DNA from: Octopus vulgaris
Taxonomy: Eukaryota
DNA length: 64,000 nucleotides
NCBI GenBank assembly: GCA_951406725.2
Contig: OX597823.1
Location: forward strand, 116,064,001 to 116,128,000
Direction: 5' to 3'
The first letter of the stretch is position 1; the number at the start of each line of letters is the position of its first letter. The position numbers and the translations under genes were made by a program. Shown here in pieces: positions 62,345 to 64,000 of the stretch. The notes under the pieces were generated by a model that did no database searches, was not told the origin of the DNA, and saw only the letters and a list, made by a program, of their open reading frames with translations.

Positions 62345-62590
62345 TATGTATATATATATATATATATGTGTATGTATATGTTTTTGTGTCTGTGTTTGTC
62401 CCCCCAGCATTGTTTGACAACTGAAGCTGCTATGTTTACATCCCCATAACTTAGCAGTTCAGCAAGAGGGACCTATAGAATAAGTACTAAGCTTACAAAA
62501 AATAAGTCGTGGGGTTGATTTTCTCGACTAAAGGCGGTGCTCCAGCATGGCCGCAGTCAAATGACTGAAACAAATAAAAGAATAACAAAA
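62345..62590 (+). mobile_element. SINE family A 3' half
   Basis: tgtgtttgtcccccc..taacttagcagttc..gcatggccgcagtcaaatgactgaaac. Confidence 0.8.
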
Positions 62591-62874
62591 GGACCATATG
62601 TAGAGTGGTACATGTATGTGAAATATTTTGTTGTTTCTGGTGTTGTTGCTGTTATTCAGTTTTGAACCCAATGAATAATTGTTGATATTTCGTGCAGACA
62701 CAAATACAAGGAAAATTTCTTTGAGGTATTCGTACCTTCTCTTTATTGATTGAAATCCTATTGAGGTCAGCCAAGATTCTCATCTCTCTGGATTTCATGA
62801 AATAAATTACTTACCTCCTCCCTTCAAAACTGACAGCTTGTACATAAATTATTATTATTATTATTATTATTGTT

Positions 62875-63101
62875 CGAGTGAGGTCATTGCCAGTACCACC
62901 AGACTGGCCCTTGTGCAGGCGGCACGTAAAAGCATCCACTACATTCTCGGAATGGTTGGCATTAGGAAGGGCATCCAGCTGTAGAAACTCTGCCAGATCA
63001 GATTGGAGCCTGGTGCGGCCATCTGGTTCGCCAGACCTCAGTCAAATCGTCCAACCCAAGCTAGCATGGAAAGCAGACGTTATAGGATGATGATGATGAT
63101 G

Positions 63102-63105
<4 letters not shown>
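62875..63105 (+). mobile_element. RTE-tail repeat
   Basis: Family tail and (GAT)n, between (ATT)n tracts. Confidence 0.85.
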
Positions 63106-63142
<37 letters not shown>

Positions 63143-63147
63143 GATGA

Positions 63148-63750
63148 GATGGCAGAATCATGAGAGTGTCAGAAAAATGTCTTAAAGTTTCTGTTAGAGC
63201 TCTTTATGTTCTGATTTCAAATTCCACCAAGATCAGTTTTGCCTTTCATCCTTTAGGAGGGTGTTGATGAAATAGGTACCAGTTGAGCACTGGGGTTGAT
63301 GCAAATTGCTGGCTTTGTTCTAAAATTTAGAACCATTATTATTATTATTATTATTATGGAGAGCTGGTAGAATCGTTAGCAAGCTGTCTGTCTTCACGTT
63401 CTGAGGTCAAATTCCACTGAAGTCGACTTTGCTTTCATCCTTTCGGGATAAAATAAGTACTATTCGGGTACTGCGGTTGATCTAATCAACTGGCCCCACC
63501 TGTCCAAACATTTCAGGCTTTATGCCTAGAGTAGAAAAGATTACTTTTTAAGGTGGCAAGTTGGCAGAATTGTTAGCAATACTTCATCTGTCTTCACGTT
63601 CTGAGTTCAAATTCTGCCGAAGTCAACATTGTCTTTCATCTTTTCAGGGTTGATAAATTAAGTACCAGTTGCGTACAGGGTTCAATCTAATCGACTGGCC
63701 TTCCCACCCCCAAATTTCTGACCTTGTGCTTAGAGTAGAAAAGATTATTA

Positions 63751-63817
<67 letters not shown>

Positions 63818-64000
63818 GGTGGCAAGCTGGCAGAATCATTAGCATGCGGGGCAAAATGATTAATGGTATTTCATCCATCTTCACGTTCTGAGTTCAAGTT
63901 CCACTGAGGTCGACTTTGCCTTTCATCTTTTCGGGTTCAATAAAATAAGTACCAGTCAAGTACTGGGGTTGATGTAATCGACCAGTCTCAGCCTCCAAAA
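63148..64000 (+). mobile_element. Array of ~4 SINE family B units, mostly separated by (ATT)n
   Basis: Units start near 63148, 63358, 63550 and 63816. Confidence 0.85.

Overview
AT-rich, microsatellite-dense animal genomic DNA. The repeat families (tRNA-headed SINEs, RTE-LINE tails ending in (GAT)n, Dong/R4-like ends, Penelope-like elements) look like octopus/cephalopod DNA; this assignment is inferred from recall, not from a search. Only one host-gene exon is recognisable: a 112-nt + strand internal exon (4594-4705) encoding part of a cytosolic carboxypeptidase most similar to AGBL4/CCP6. The remaining ~59 kb appears to be one very long intron filled with transposons. These include a near-complete Neptune-type Penelope-like element (RT plus frameshifted GIY-YIG), two mariners, a decayed maT/DD37D-like element, several MITEs (TA- and TTAA-flanked), a complete small Helitron, RTE and Dong/R4 LINE ends, and many SINEs. 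The main unannotated signals are: (i) eight minimal type-I hammerhead-ribozyme-like motifs in short PLE-type termini, mostly ~90-105 nt from (TA)n tracts, plus a 339-bp TSD-flanked unit carrying one hammerhead on each strand; (ii) a ~205-bp structured, non-tRNA retroposon whose two copies share the same 5' end; (iii) an RTE insertion with a twin-priming-type 5' inversion; (iv) several long intronic inverted repeats and hairpins. Nearly all ORFs in the supplied track are microsatellite or repeat artefacts.
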